From Botryllus schlosseri (lineage: Eukaryota): DNA of 64,000 bases. The DNA lies in contig CM119372.1 of assembly GCA_051294905.1 (NCBI GenBank), positions 32,180,001-32,244,000 of the forward strand, given 5' to 3'. Each line of letters starts with the position of its first letter. The first letter of the stretch is position 1. A program made the position numbers and the translations under genes. Positions 51,860 through 64,000 of the stretch are shown here, in pieces. The notes under the pieces are model-generated. The model had not been told where the DNA came from. It did no database searches and was given only the letters and a program-made list of their open reading frames with translations.

Positions 51860-53520
51860 CAGACTTGGACAACTAGAAAATTTTTTGCTTTTCTAAATTA
51901 GATTAGAATTAGAATTAGAGCTACACTGTATTTTCCAAATTAGATTAGAATTAGAATTAGAGCTACTAAATTTTTCCAAATTAGATTAGAACTAGAATTA
52001 GAGCTACTAATTTTTTCCAAATTAGACTAGAATTAGAATTAGAGCTACACAGCTTTTTTCAAATTAGATTAGAATTAGAATTAGAATTTCAGAATTCGCA
52101 AAGAATTGAAAATTGAACGAAATTGTGAATTATAAATAAATATAGCGAAAATCAAGCTCAGTTCACATCAAACCACAGTACATTCTCATAAACATGAGAA
52201 TAGGTAACGTCTGTACATCAAGCTTGTCTCATTTTGCACTATACCAGGGGTCACCGACACGCGGACCACATGCGGCCAACGATCTGATTTGTGATTTTGG
52301 AAAAACGAGATAAACAATTTGAAATGCTGAAATTGATTTCAAATATAAAATCATTGCAGTTGTTTCAAAATATTCCTTTTGCCTGTGCCAAACACAACTA
52401 TTACTCACTAGCTGAAATGGTTTCGGCCATGGGAAACATCGTTGGAGAGTAAGCTGATAATAGCATATTGCCTTGACGTAAAATGGCCCAGACAATGCCA
52501 AGACCGAGACGCTTAAAAAACGGCCTAGGGCTTTCCCACAAGATCAACCTTTAGGATGAGATAGTCTTTCAGCTAGTAACATGTCCGCATATCCCTGATA
52601 TCGATTCGTTAGTCGCTGAAAAGCCTGGTCAAGTATCGTGCGCAGCTTGTAGTTCAAAATAAAATTAAGTTTATGATCACGATATTTCATGTTTTATATG
52701 TACTTGATATAATATTACTTCTTTTGTCGTAACCAAGCCATCGCCCATGTTAGTGAGCACAGCGTTGTACTATCGTAAAGCTTTGAAAACATGGTTGCTC
52801 AACTGTGTGTGGGTCATTATGTCTCGATATTGCATTATTGCATGACGGCAAAAAAGCTGATATTGAAGTCATGCCTACGAGTTCTCAACCAGCAGCTTTA
52901 AGATGAAGAAAACTATTTTCTCCTTTCCAGTAACTCAAAACATCGCAGTCCATGATCTCATGCGCTGCTTCGAAATCTCTTTCCACTTCATTCTCTAACA
53001 TATTTTTTTTGGTTAGATCTAAAGCCACCATCCAGTTTTTACTTGATGTAGTTATGGGCTCGAAAGTGAACAAGCTTGTGTAAACTATCTTTTTCATCGC
53101 TACTGTACTGTTTGTGATCGAAACTATAATGTTGTTCGGAGACTACAAGCTACTATGCCAGCATGGCCATTGTTCGTCACGACAAATACTGGTACGGTGT
53201 ATGTAAGTAATGCGATGGCGCCTTGGCACTGGATTTCCCTGTGCGAGAGGGATATTCTTGTTAACTCGGTGCAAAATGCCGCGGACGAAGAGGCATTTCC
53301 AGGAAAATAATGAATTAGATTAGAACTAAAATTAGAGCATAGAAACATTTAACAAATTAGATTAGAATTAGAATTAGAGCTACTAAATTTTTCCAAATTA
53401 GATTAGAATTAGAATTAGAGCATGGAAGCATTTCACAAACTAGATTAGAATTAGATTACTGGCATTTCGCTCTAATTTAGTGAAATTAGACAACTAGAAT
53501 TATCTAGTTATCCAAGTCTG
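51860..53520 (-). mobile_element. hAT element with TTAGAA subterminal arrays and transposase relic
   Basis: TIR CAGACTTGGACAACTAG / CTAGTTATCCAAGTCTG; TSD CATTGAAT / CATTGAAG; minus-strand DVLSYWKGENSFLHLKAA resembles the start of the hAT dimerisation domain. Confidence 0.85.
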
Positions 53521-54189
53521 CATTGAAGGTTGACACAACAAAAGTCGATCAACATGCGGTAGGGTAGTACAATCGCGGGGAAAAACGGACCCTAAGATTC
53601 ACATCACCACTTCTGTAAGGCCGTTCCAACAGAGTATCATGTTAGAATTGGTATGGCCAGGCAGAGTAAGTTCTGGTATTGAACTTCTTACTGTTGCATG
53701 ATTCATCTGCGGTAGATAAATGGTTATATCGACGTATGAACACATATATTCAGCATTGAAAAGATATTTTAACGGGGCAAAAGTAACAGAATGTTACAAT
53801 TGCCCCTGACACGCTCGACCATGATTAATGTCTCAGGAATGTGCCTTCCCGGCGATGCGAGTCCCAGTTTCCCTATCATCACGGTAGACTATGGTAACAT
53901 TGTTCCAGCTACATATAGGCCTATCGCATTGTGACAACTTGAGGTTTTATTCTTCAGAATAAATTATTCCAGATCAGAAAATATTTACTCAAGGGTCCAA
54001 AATTTCGTTTTTTTGAAATTATTCCGGGGTTTCACGTCGTAGCTCAACGTAACTTCGGGCATATTAGAAGACATATCTACCGCATGTGCACTCAAAATAT
54101 GAAGGCGAGTTCTTCATCCTACTAGCGGTATAAGGTCGATTGTGACATTTGCCCCGTGTTACATTTGTCCCCGGTCTCCCCTACATATG

Positions 54190-54510
54190 ACATCGATGAC
54201 GCAGCGTATAGTGATACGGTCATAATATTCTGAAACCAGGATCTGAATATGTGAAAAACAGTTCTAAAGAGCGAAAAGTCAACTATGCGATTTCCAGCCT
54301 AATTGGGCGGCAGATTGCCCAATGCTCATTGATGACATAGTGTACGGCGATACGGTCATAATATGCTGAAACCAGGATCTAAATATGTGGAAACATTTCT
54401 AAAGAGCGGAAAAGCCAACTATGCGAATTCCAGGCTAATCTGGGGGAAGACTGTCTAATGTCGATCGATTACATAGCGGACATACAGTCATAATATGCTG
54501 TACCGGAATC
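54190..54510. repeat. Diverged tandem repeat, ~135-bp unit, ~2.3 copies
   Basis: GATACGGTCATAATAT.CTGAAACCAGGATCT recurs at ~54213 and ~54349, partially at ~54481. Confidence 0.75.
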
Positions 54511-55879
54511 CAAATAAGCCGATAATGGAGACTTTGATTCTCTGTTCGTACACTTGTCATGGTGCCGTTAACTCCATAAAAATCAAACGTCATCGAGGTG
54601 ATAACTTAATTTTGCAATGAATGTAATCTTGAAAGGAACACACCCGTTACTATAAATATACACTCCTTGTATATTGTACAACAATTTTCTGTCACTGATT
54701 TTGTAATATAGTAAGGAAACTAAAATAGTCAATTCATGACAAATATCAGACATTTGGATATGGGATGCTCCCGCATCCGTCGCATACTCCTCCCATACAC
54801 TGGTGGAGTGAAATCATAACACCGCTGTCGAATAGTTTCAATGTGGCCTATGAACATACTGGACATTTGTATCCTGACGGATTATTCAATTGAAATATTG
54901 CTTACTAAATTTTTAAACATTTGTTCGTAATGTGCTGGATATAACAATCATTTTTCCAATCCACTCAGAATTGCTTTGCAGGCCGGATGAAAACATCTGG
55001 TGGGCCGTATGTTTGACACCCTGGATTACACGGATGAGATGGCGAGGAGGAGCCTAGATAAACCTCTAACACTTAGGTAGGAATTTTCGAGTCTACCTCG
55101 ATCGGACTAAAATCCACAACTCATTGCTGTTTAAGCTGTGGATTTTACCACTGGGTTTTGTAGGACCGGCAATAGATGTAGGCAAATCAGTGTCACATCT
55201 ACTGTTCCCTTGTAGAGACGACTCCCTTTCTTAATTGTAAATGTAAGGGTGGGCCACAGAGCTGTTTGAAAAATTGTGGAATTAATGAATAAATAAAGTA
55301 TCTTTATATTTGTTATGTTCATATATTCTAAAATATATTCATATTATCGAATTATACGTAGGCTATATAAAGCTTTTCCGCCGACTCTAATAAGATGTAG
55401 TGGCACGTATTGGGTCACAACGTACAAGTCGAAAATGGGAGAGAAACGGCGGCTTATGTCGCCGGGCTATGACAACCCTCGGCCAACAGCAACGGAAATA
55501 ATTTCGATTATATAATAAATGGAAGTTAATGCTGAAGTAACCAAGTATTCTGGCAGTGTCATACGTCGTATGCCCTTGAAAAGGGTGTATATTAAACTCG
55601 GACTGGAAGTGCATTTGATGAAGATTTACGGTACTTCGGCAGGTCGTAATATTGTAACATAAAATCAGCCACAATGACAATTTATTATCATCAGCAATTA
55701 TCAACTTCCTGTGGAAGTATACGGCACCAACGCAACGAATCGTAGTAGATTGAGGATTTTGCGCCGCACATTAATCTTAAGAGTCGATACAAAAATGTCC
55801 AGCCTAGAAGTCATTGTAGAGCTTCTTGGAGGTACAGAACTTCAATATACAATTAAATAGTATATTCATATTGAAATGA

Positions 55880-55913
55880 ACCCGAATATTTTCGGCTGAC
55901 ACTCGTCAGGGGT
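55880..55913 (-). ncRNA. Minimal type I hammerhead ribozyme (left arm)
   Basis: ACCC-CUGACGA-GUGUCAGCC-GAAA-AUAU-UC-GGGU. Confidence 0.72.
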
Positions 55914-56014
55914 AATCGTCAGCAACTAGTAGAGTATTGGAAAGAACATTGTATATCAACAATCGTATCACAAAATATGACGTCACCAGCATGAAATTTC
56001 GAATGAGAGAGCGT

Positions 56015-56698
56015 TCAATGTACTATTTTTAGGTGATACACGAACTCCTTTTGTTGACAGAGTTTTGGTTGGTGTATTTTGATAAAAGTTGATTCCAAGG
56101 CACACAAATGGAATTGTGAACGGCCTCGACCTACGATTCGAAATCGGTCGTCTCGATAATTATTCGCACAAATCGGATTATCCAACAGATGTTTGCCGAT
56201 GGCAGAATTAATTGCCTTTGATCGATCAGCATCAATCTTAAGTGGATGAGTTAAGGGTGAGCTTTTCACATCGCGTGACGCACGTGTTCTGATAAATCTG
56301 GGGACATGTTGGTTTATGCGGTCCTGCAGACGTCTTGACGTTCTTCCCACGTAGCCACAATCACAGTGGCACCTATATTCGTACACTACATTACTTTGTT
56401 GAAGTGCAGGAAGCACGTCTTTGCGTGTTGAAGGGAGCAGTTGTGTTGTTGTAAAAATCACATTGGTTTTGACTGTATCGTAACATTTACCGACAGCAGA
56501 AATCAATTGTTTTTCAAAGCGGGTGGAAATGGAGCCAATCCAAGGTGGATGGATATAAACATCTTTTATTGTTCGTGCGGTGGGCTCTGTTCGTTTTTCT
56601 GCGTTGAATTGCGTTAATTTCCTCTCCATGCCGCGGCTGATGACGTGTTCAGGGTAACCGTTATCAAGTAAGATTTTTCGGATGTAGTCAAGTTGAGT
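56015..56698 (-). pseudogene. Penelope-like ORF C-terminal fragment: linker with NGYP motif plus GIY-YIG endonuclease
   Basis: Frame extends upstream of the tracked ATG as TQLDYIRKILLDNGYPEHVI; VVYEYRCHCDCGYVGRT..L..RI.QH; SAIGKHL; LESTFI. Confidence 0.9.
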
Positions 56699-56703
56699 TT
56701 AGA

Positions 56704-57156
56704 ACCAATGTGATTTTTACAACAACACAACTGCTCCCTTCAACACGCAAAGACGTGCTTCCTGCACTTCAACAAAGTAATGTAGTGTACGAATATAGGT
56801 GCCACTGTGATTGTTGCTACGTGGGAAGAACGTCAAGACGTCTGCAGGACCGCATAAACCAACATGTCCCCAGATTTATCAGAACACGTGCGTCACGCGA
56901 TGTGAAAAGCTCACCCTTAACTCATCCACTTAAGATTGATGCTGATCGATCAAAGGCAATTAATTTTGCCATCGGCAAACATCTGTTGGATAATCCGATT
57001 TGTGCGAATAATTATCGAGACGACCGATTTCGAATCGTAGGTCGAGGCCGTTCACAATTCCATTTGTGTGCCTTGGAATCAACTTTTATCAAAATACACC
57101 AACCAAAACTCTGTCAACAAAAGGAGTTCGTGTATCACCTAAAAATAGTACATTGA
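56704..57156 (+). pseudogene. Second GIY-YIG endonuclease fragment (right arm)
   Basis: Identical to the left-arm protein except CGY>CCY and NSAI>NFAI. Confidence 0.9.
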
Positions 57157-57257
57157 ACGCTCTCTCATTCGAAATTTCATGCTGGTGACGTCATATTTTG
57201 TGATACGATTGTTGATATACAATGTTCTTTCCAATTCTCTACTAGTTGCTGACGATT

Positions 57258-57291
57258 ACCCCTGACGAGTGTCAGCCGAAAATATTCGGGT
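57258..57291 (+). ncRNA. Minimal type I hammerhead ribozyme (right arm)
   Basis: ACCC-CTGACGA-GTGTCAGCC-GAAA-ATAT-TC-GGGT; predicted cleavage after C57287. Confidence 0.72.
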
Positions 57292-57427
57292 TCATTTCAA
57301 TATGAATATACTATTTAATTGTATATAGAAGTCATTGTACAAAATGTAAGAGTAACATGAATTGATGGTATCATTGGAAACAATGTTCTGACATGGCAAC
57401 TTCAATTGGAACAAGACATACTATGTA

Positions 57428-58372
57428 GTGGGAGATGTGGTACCGATGGATCAAAAATTGCAAACTGATCTCTGGCCCTTTAATATTCAGTCGAGAACAG
57501 CAGATATTTTGCTGGCTCAAAACTTTGACCTAAGCTCTACCTATCGCAGACATTTACATGAATATCCACCTTTTCAAAAAATAATTATGAACGTTCACAA
57601 TTTGCTGCTCGAACGTATCATCGGTCCCTCCCCGATGGGTCCAAAGGCACACGACCATGGGACCTATGAGACGTACGCTCAAACACTCGAATTTCTCATC
57701 TTGTTTTGTTGTGTACTATAATCTAAGCTACAGTAAGCCAATGAAGAATGTTTCGTCGCCACCTTAAAGATTGAAATAGATTACATCATCTGAAATGTTG
57801 GCGTAAAATCACGCTTCGATTGACGCCCAAACTTACAAAATTGAAGGAACTACCCGTAAATCAGCATTCTGACTTTCAAATACCTCGTTATAGCGATAAA
57901 ACACCACAGGTAACGATGATTTGTGGCGTCTAGGATATGTAGGCGTGTTTCTGTTGTTAAGTGATTAGTTGGTCAAAATATTTTGCTTGATTTGGCTATG
58001 GTACCATAAGCTCCCACCCTATAAATATTGTAATTGAATTGAAACTGATCCACTCGAAAATGTATTTAATTAAAAATATGTGGCATTAAATACCCTGATA
58101 CAAGCCCTACACTTCACATTAAAAATTATGGCTGGTTTGTCAGTATGAAAGGTGATATAGAAAAATGTATATGTCGATCCAAATTTATTTTACACCCGCA
58201 AACATAAATCATCTGTCACAGACCCCATAACTCACGCAGGTCGAAGTTTTTCGCATGCGAGGAAAGATTTTGCCAGCATGCCATTGTAGACAAATTCGCG
58301 TACTTTAATCATGGGATTATCACATGTGAATTTTTCAAGTATTTTCGGTCCCACTGTCTCATCGATACCACA
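57428..58372 (+). mobile_element. Older, diverged family F copy
   Basis: Left TIR GGAGATGTGGTACCGATGGATCA; collinear with 18336-19297; right TIR decayed. Confidence 0.85.
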
Positions 58373-60839
58373 CTGTAGGCTACAGCTGGCATATTGAAAA
58401 AATCTTTCTCCACGTCTCTGTAGTATCCCATTAACCAAAGAATTGTTTGAAGCGGGCTCAGATTGGTTATATTATTCCCCACCATGGTGGAACTAGGAGT
58501 GCAATCACAGGGTGGATGGTGTAGGAATTGGATCATTTGGTTTCACGACGTGAGTGGAACAGGCGAAAATACACTATAGTTATACGGTCTTCCAAGGCCG
58601 TAATTGTCGCACCCCAAGCCCTCAGTTGGGGGGCCTCGAAGGGGCATAAAGTTATTTCGTTGGTTGTTTGTTGGAGGAGATTTATTCAACTTGGAAATTT
58701 TCGTCGCGCTTTGCGCGATTTCATATCCCTACAGGCCTGCATTAAACTATGATTAGTAAGAGAAAAACGTGCATATTTCAGAGAAATGGGCATATCGGCG
58801 GCAGCGAAGAAGGCAGCAGAGAAAACTGAAAACTGCTGTACTAGATATTTGAGATATATCTGGTATTTCAGACGGACAGGGTTTTTATTTCCAACCGCGA
58901 CCTCCCCTGTCAACGCCACCGCACACAACGGATCACCACAGCAGTCACAAGTCACAATTCGACCACTGATCACGATTAATTGCTTGTAGCCGATGATAGC
59001 CAAGATGGCTTTTTCATCACAAATCATATGTGTGAGTAGAGTGTGTGTCTTGAGCTTGGTATCCATGGAACCCATAAGGTTGGCTCAGCGAACCCCTGGG
59101 GTCCATGAGATCCTGGTTAAGAACCACTGCTGTATGATTATTAGATGAGTGCTTGTGATATTTATTCTGTATGCTATATTTAGATATATGAAGGACATTT
59201 CAGGACGATCAGATACCGTCTTAATTCGAGTTCACATGCAGGTCCTAGCCGACACATCCCTTTTGAATTTCAATAGATATTTTCCTCATCAACATAAAGC
59301 CGAACCACTACAGGATGTCGTTTCTGATTTAGTATTGATTCTGTTTTGACTGCATTGGTCATTTTTACAATGACGATATTCATTCTTATAATTCATGCAT
59401 TGCTGATTTTCAGTCTTGCCAGCTTGTTGTTCTTGACTTCCTATATGACATCGCTTACGCAGATCGAGGAGCAGAATAAATATACCTCCCGCCGATTGTG
59501 GTGCAATTGTACGGTCAGGAGGATAAGGATAGAAAGCATCGATTACGAATATTTGACATGGTATGACTGTCGGATTTTATATATTAATATTGTCAGAGAC
59601 GAAATCAAGAAATAGTGCTGTGCGAGGAATACACAGCAAAATAATTGGAAAGGATACCGATGGACATCAATCAAACTAGAACACCAAAATTCAGGAGGAT
59701 GCAGTCGATTACACTGGTCTACAACTTTCGAAGAAAAAATTGCGCCAAAAATTTGAATGATTGATTTAGGCCAGGGCGGGCAACTTCTCCATCCGGCGGA
59801 CCGGATAGGGGAACATGAACATGAGTAGGGCCAGATTCCTGAATTTTTTTTTTATGAGTTTAGGGTAACCCCCTCCGTGGGAACGCGCCACAGATCCGCC
59901 CATCCTACCCTGTACTACCCTTTGTACATACAATTCAGAGACGCACACATTCCTGCAGTTGACTGACCGATTCAAGGACGAGCCCAAATCGGTGATATGA
60001 ATGTGATTAAAAATCAGAGTATATATGGCTTCTAGTCGCGTGAAGCGCGACAGCTTTTTGAATAAATGAATGAATTTGATCAATGATATTGCTGAGTGTA
60101 TGAGCAAGTGGTTTCTTCGAAAAATTACAGCACGTATAATTATAATTTTGAACATTGATCATGGCATAAGAACATACATTCATGAGCTAATCGTAGATTA
60201 TTCACTTCGGGCGGGCTCATTCTTAATAATTACTTTGTTGGAAACTCCTGCAACCCAACGGCCTTGAGCTTTTCTATAGTGTATCTATGATACTGTATTC
60301 TCATAATCAAGACACGCACGTAGAGACACTAAGCCGCGCCAAGCGCGAGAAATTGTTTTAGTTTGAATCCATCTGTCCGAAAATATTCCACTATTTATAA
60401 ATATTACGAAAATTCTCGAAAAATTTGGGAATGGCATGGTCCCTTTCGCCTCTGGCTACGTCAATGCGTTAAACATCAGTTGTATTGAAAGGTCGTCTTA
60501 TCTTGCTAATGTTCATGCCTGAAGATGTTTGCGCGAAAATGCCTGTAGACGACGACGCGGGCCTCATCATCTCGTAAGACCGAACACTGTCGGCGGGTCG
60601 CACAAAATCCCGTCGCGGGCCGTGTGTTGCCCGCCTCTTATTTTGGCTAATTTACGGTTGCTGAATCCGATTGTGTGCTCTGAAATTCTCTATCGCGTCA
60701 ATTTTTTTCCGTAAGAATTTTTCCCGTATTCCTAAATTATTCAAATTTTGGTTTTCATTGGTGAAATCACGGTTAGCATACAACAGCAGCAGATCAAATA
60801 TTGCTATTAAAATTGTCTACCATTAAACCTGGGTTGTTG

Positions 60840-61768
60840 CAGTGTTGGGATCAAGTCACTACTATCGAGTCACGAGTCATTTCGAGTCATTGCACATTTT
60901 GACTCGAGTCAAGTCAAGTCAATCGGTTTTCAAAGGTGACTCGAGTCAAGTCAAGTCACTCGATTTTTGGAGGTGACTCGAGTCAAGTCGAGTCAAGTCA
61001 AGTCAAGTCACGAGTCAAGTCACATTTTAAGTCAAGTTGCCATTTCGAAGTATGAGCCATGATTACGTCATTGCAATTTGCTAGCTGTCTGAAATACAAA
61101 TTGAGTGGTCATTGATTCCGAACCGATGAACCAATATAGAGTTACATACGCACGCAAGAAGGCGCTGCATCGCTCACATATACGTAAAACTATTAAACTA
61201 CGTAAGTAATTGCATAGACTCAGTTTATTGTTACCAGCCAAAATAGAGAATAGACAAACGAATAAATAAGATGCAATACATTACCCATTTACAAATAGAT
61301 ATGATACAATTCGAGCATGCGTTGAGGACAATATAAATTATATTCGAATTCAATTCAAATAAAACAAGAAGTTTGGTAAAAGAACAGAGAACAGAAATAG
61401 ACATGGACAACGTAAGCTGTAAGCTTCGATCACTTCGTTTGCGGTCAATTTATTTATGAGAGAACAATCGCGGCTCAGTGAAACTCGATCATTGAATGAT
61501 TGATCGCTTTCAAGGGTTACACCAGCGTTACGCGAACAATCCGAACATATGCAAGATACAGTGATTTTTATCGTCACCGATTACTTGATGACTTGAAATT
61601 GACTCGTGAATTTTGCTCCGAGTCACGAGTCAATCTACATTTCTGATACGTCGAGTCAAGTCAAGTCAAGTCATTTTAGCAAAGTGACTCGAATCAAGTC
61701 AAGTCATACGAAGAAAGTGACTCGAGTCTGACTCGGGTCAAGTCATGACTCGAGTCATCCCAAGACTG
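60840..61768. mobile_element. Family G element without the piggyBac insertion
   Basis: TIR CAGTGTTGGGAT / ATCCCAAGACTG; perfect TSD GGTTGTTG. Confidence 0.9.
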
Positions 61769-61989
61769 GGTTGTTGTAGTACAGAATGAGTAAGTTTTCG
61801 ATAAACTTGAACCCAGTGATTCTCATTTTCATTATTTAAACAAATTTCGGCTTTCCCTACTGACATTACGGTGAGCGTAGAATTGCAACAAATCAAAAAT
61901 TGTTATTAAAATAATCTATTATAATGAAACCTGGTTCGCTGTAGAACAGAAAAACTGAGTTTTCGGTGAACCTGAATCCGGTGGTTTTC

Positions 61990-62310
61990 TATCTTCTTTC
62001 GATTAGGACCTCTTTTTGACCAATAAATCTATACGTGGATGCAACTATTTTTAGTCCGTAGAAGTTATCATCTTTATGGGCCTATACCAGTATTCATATA
62101 AATATTGTGATTAGTAGCTCCATATGAATTTAGTTCCCTATACGTTATGTATCTCTTCTTTCGATCAGGACCTCTTTTCGACCAATAAATCTATACGTGG
62201 ATGCAACTATTTTTAGTCGGTAGCAGTTATCATCTTCATAGGCCTATGCCAAAATTCATTTAAATATTGTGATTAGTAGCTCCATACCTAATTTAGTTCC
62301 CTACGTTATA
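61990..62310. repeat. Tandem duplication, ~162-bp unit x2
   Basis: ACCAATAAATCTATACGTGGATGCAACTATTTTTAGTC occurs at ~62019 and ~62181. Confidence 0.85.
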
Positions 62311-63050
62311 AATTCATCAGTTCTATAATAGTCGATCCTACACGACATATGACATTTTATGGCCTACACCAAATATCATGTGTTTTATGATGGAAGAGAG
62401 CCAGAGATGAGCATTAGTTAATTTCTGATGATGTTTTTATATGGTTTCGAGGCTTCTTCTTAGTGTTTTTCAGGATTAAATGCCAGTTCTGAATTCAAAC
62501 AGCTTTTATTTTTGGTGGTTTCTGATTTGCCGTAATATTTTACTATGAACTAGAGTTGGTCAAAGAGATCGGCGTTGCTACTCAAGTAGCACGAATAACG
62601 CCTCCTACTTCTACTCAATTACAAGTAGAAGTGATAATTTCCAAGACATCTGAAAACTGTTTCAAGTGGAAGACGAAATGAAAGGTCTAAGAAAGTCAGT
62701 AAATATCTAAGTATATTTGGTCGATGGGAGAGTGGTCGCATACATTGAACATTTAGTTGGAGGTTGCTACATACGAAATCGCAAGATACATCGTAGTAGC
62801 TAACGTAAAATGACTATGATGACATCACCCATGAGTAGAATCTTTGAAAATAAATTCAGTTACTGGGATTCTGCAGGTAGCCTAAATCTAATTGATGACC
62901 TCGAAAAAGTAGAAATATTCAGCATATATAATATCTCAAAGACACGATGTGATAGAGCAAAATTAGCGTCAAATTCATATTCAGCGCCCCTAATTAGGTA
63001 AACTTGACCCAAATAAGTTCTGGCGCAAAAATCGTGTAGACCGGTAATAT

Positions 63051-64000
63051 CCCAGCAAACACCCGATGTCCAGTTGACTTCCTGCGGAAAAGACGCAGGA
63101 CGCCCAGTGTTACTTCCCTGGAGTGGATTTGTCGACTACTAGAAGCGTCCTAAACACTTCCTGAGTTGGTCTACTATGGACGTGAAGCGACTCCATATGG
63201 ACTCATTGGATCTGCTGTGAACGTGACATGACTCCCTATGGATGCGTCAGACCTACTGTGGACGCGACGTGACTCCCTATGGATATGTCATTTACCACCT
63301 GTTCTATTCCTCAGGATTACCATATCAGGACTCCCCTCCTAACCTGGTGCAATTACATGGAATTCAACATCATATAAACTAACGAACTGTTTATATTGGG
63401 TTACTGTAAAACGACAATTGCAAAATACAAGTACAACATTAACTAATAAACTATTACTGGTAAACAAAGTTCAGGCTTACGTGAAAAATCGATCAGGAAG
63501 TCACTACGAATAAATGTGTCAGTGGGAATTTGCATGTAACAGCAAGTTCTAAGTCAATTTTATATTACCATTACAAACATTTCAACTGAAGTGCATCATG
63601 AAATTAGAAATAAACGTGTCACATGACTTTGAAAAAGTACAACTGCTAATACAACTAAAACAGGGAAAAGCATGGAGCAATTATAAGTAAAATTTACATT
63701 GCATATTATAAAACGATGCATTATTTGCACCGCATCATGTTAAGAGCGCGAGTGCGTATTCGCAATAAACTTGGTTGCAACAGCAGTTTTCTTCTTGGTC
63801 TTTGTTTTGCCTGAAACATATACAACAATATCAGCAAATCATTTGTAGAGCCACTCTGCTGACATAGCACATGAAATTTGCGTCAGAGCTGCTCTAATTT
63901 CTATTCCCTCATGCATTAATTGTGATCCGCTACTTCTACTTGTGCTGAGTGATAATTTATGACGATACTACAATGTCTACTCGAGTACGGGAGCTTCTGA
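63051..64000. mobile_element. Left end of another CMC/EnSpm-like element (probably runs off the window)
   Basis: Starts CCCAGCAAACAC like 24302; subterminal repeats GACTCCCTATGGA / TGGACG; right end not seen. Confidence 0.5.

Larger units (their letters stand above)
48438..54181 (-). mobile_element. Decayed pogo-like (TA-TSD) transposon with nested insertions
   Basis: TIR (T)GGGAGACTGGGGACAATTGTAAC / GTTACATTTGTCCCCGGTCTCCCC; TA on both sides; minus-strand relics resemble a pipsqueak HTH (SKKFN/PELTL, ~53665-53695) and a PHD-like tail (WNECVSCTL*AHAE...QKC, ~51490-51570). Confidence 0.75.
43241..55023. mobile_element. hAT-type element swollen to 11.8 kb by nested insertions
   Basis: TIR CAGGGGTGTCAAAC / GTTTGACACCCTG; TSD GCTTACAC / GATTACAC; splits a SINE. 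Confidence 0.82.
55819..57325. mobile_element. Young Penelope-like retroelement insertion made of two 5'-truncated 3' ends in inverted (divergent) orientation
   Basis: ~620-bp inverted arms (55846-56468 / 56703-57325) with few mismatches; flanking direct repeat TAGAAGTCATTGTA at 55805-55818 and 57326-57339. Confidence 0.92.

Noticed and set aside
51895..52090. TTAGAA arrays as interstitial telomeric repeat
   Set aside because: Not TTAGGG; present inside both ends of one TSD-flanked hAT element
56015..57156. GIY-YIG ORFs as host or homing endonuclease genes
   Set aside because: The NGYP linker, 5' truncation, hammerhead-bearing UTR and TSD identify Penelope-like retroelement fragments
58686..59615. 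ORFs MGISAAAKKAA... and hydrophobic MTALVIF...
   Set aside because: The first starts in repeat sequence shared with ~39326 (GAAATGGGCATATCGGCG); neither has convincing splice sites or domains

Overview
Repeat-dense animal genomic DNA, not prokaryotic. The LRRC8-family gene suggests a marine invertebrate chordate such as a tunicate, but this is inference. Most of the window is deeply nested, mostly non-autonomous DNA transposons: many hAT-type elements with readable 8-bp TSDs, TA-flanked pogo/Tc1-like elements, CMC/EnSpm-like elements with 2-bp TSDs, and one decayed piggyBac. There are also two tRNA-derived SINE families, a LINE 3' relic, and Penelope-like (GIY-YIG) retroelements carrying minimal hammerhead ribozymes. 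Two host genes are supported. (1) An intronless ~716-aa ORF (21414-23564, minus) whose N-terminal half matches the LRRC8/pannexin-like four-TM large-pore channel domain. It has no leucine-rich repeats and instead ends in ankyrin-like motifs and a SOCS-box-like tail; this is the most interesting item. (2) The last two phase-compatible coding exons of a plus-strand gene (5259-5390, 6803-7227), ending in an EGF-like six-cysteine pattern split by a ~90-aa insert. All family assignments are by eye from remembered motifs; no searches were run.
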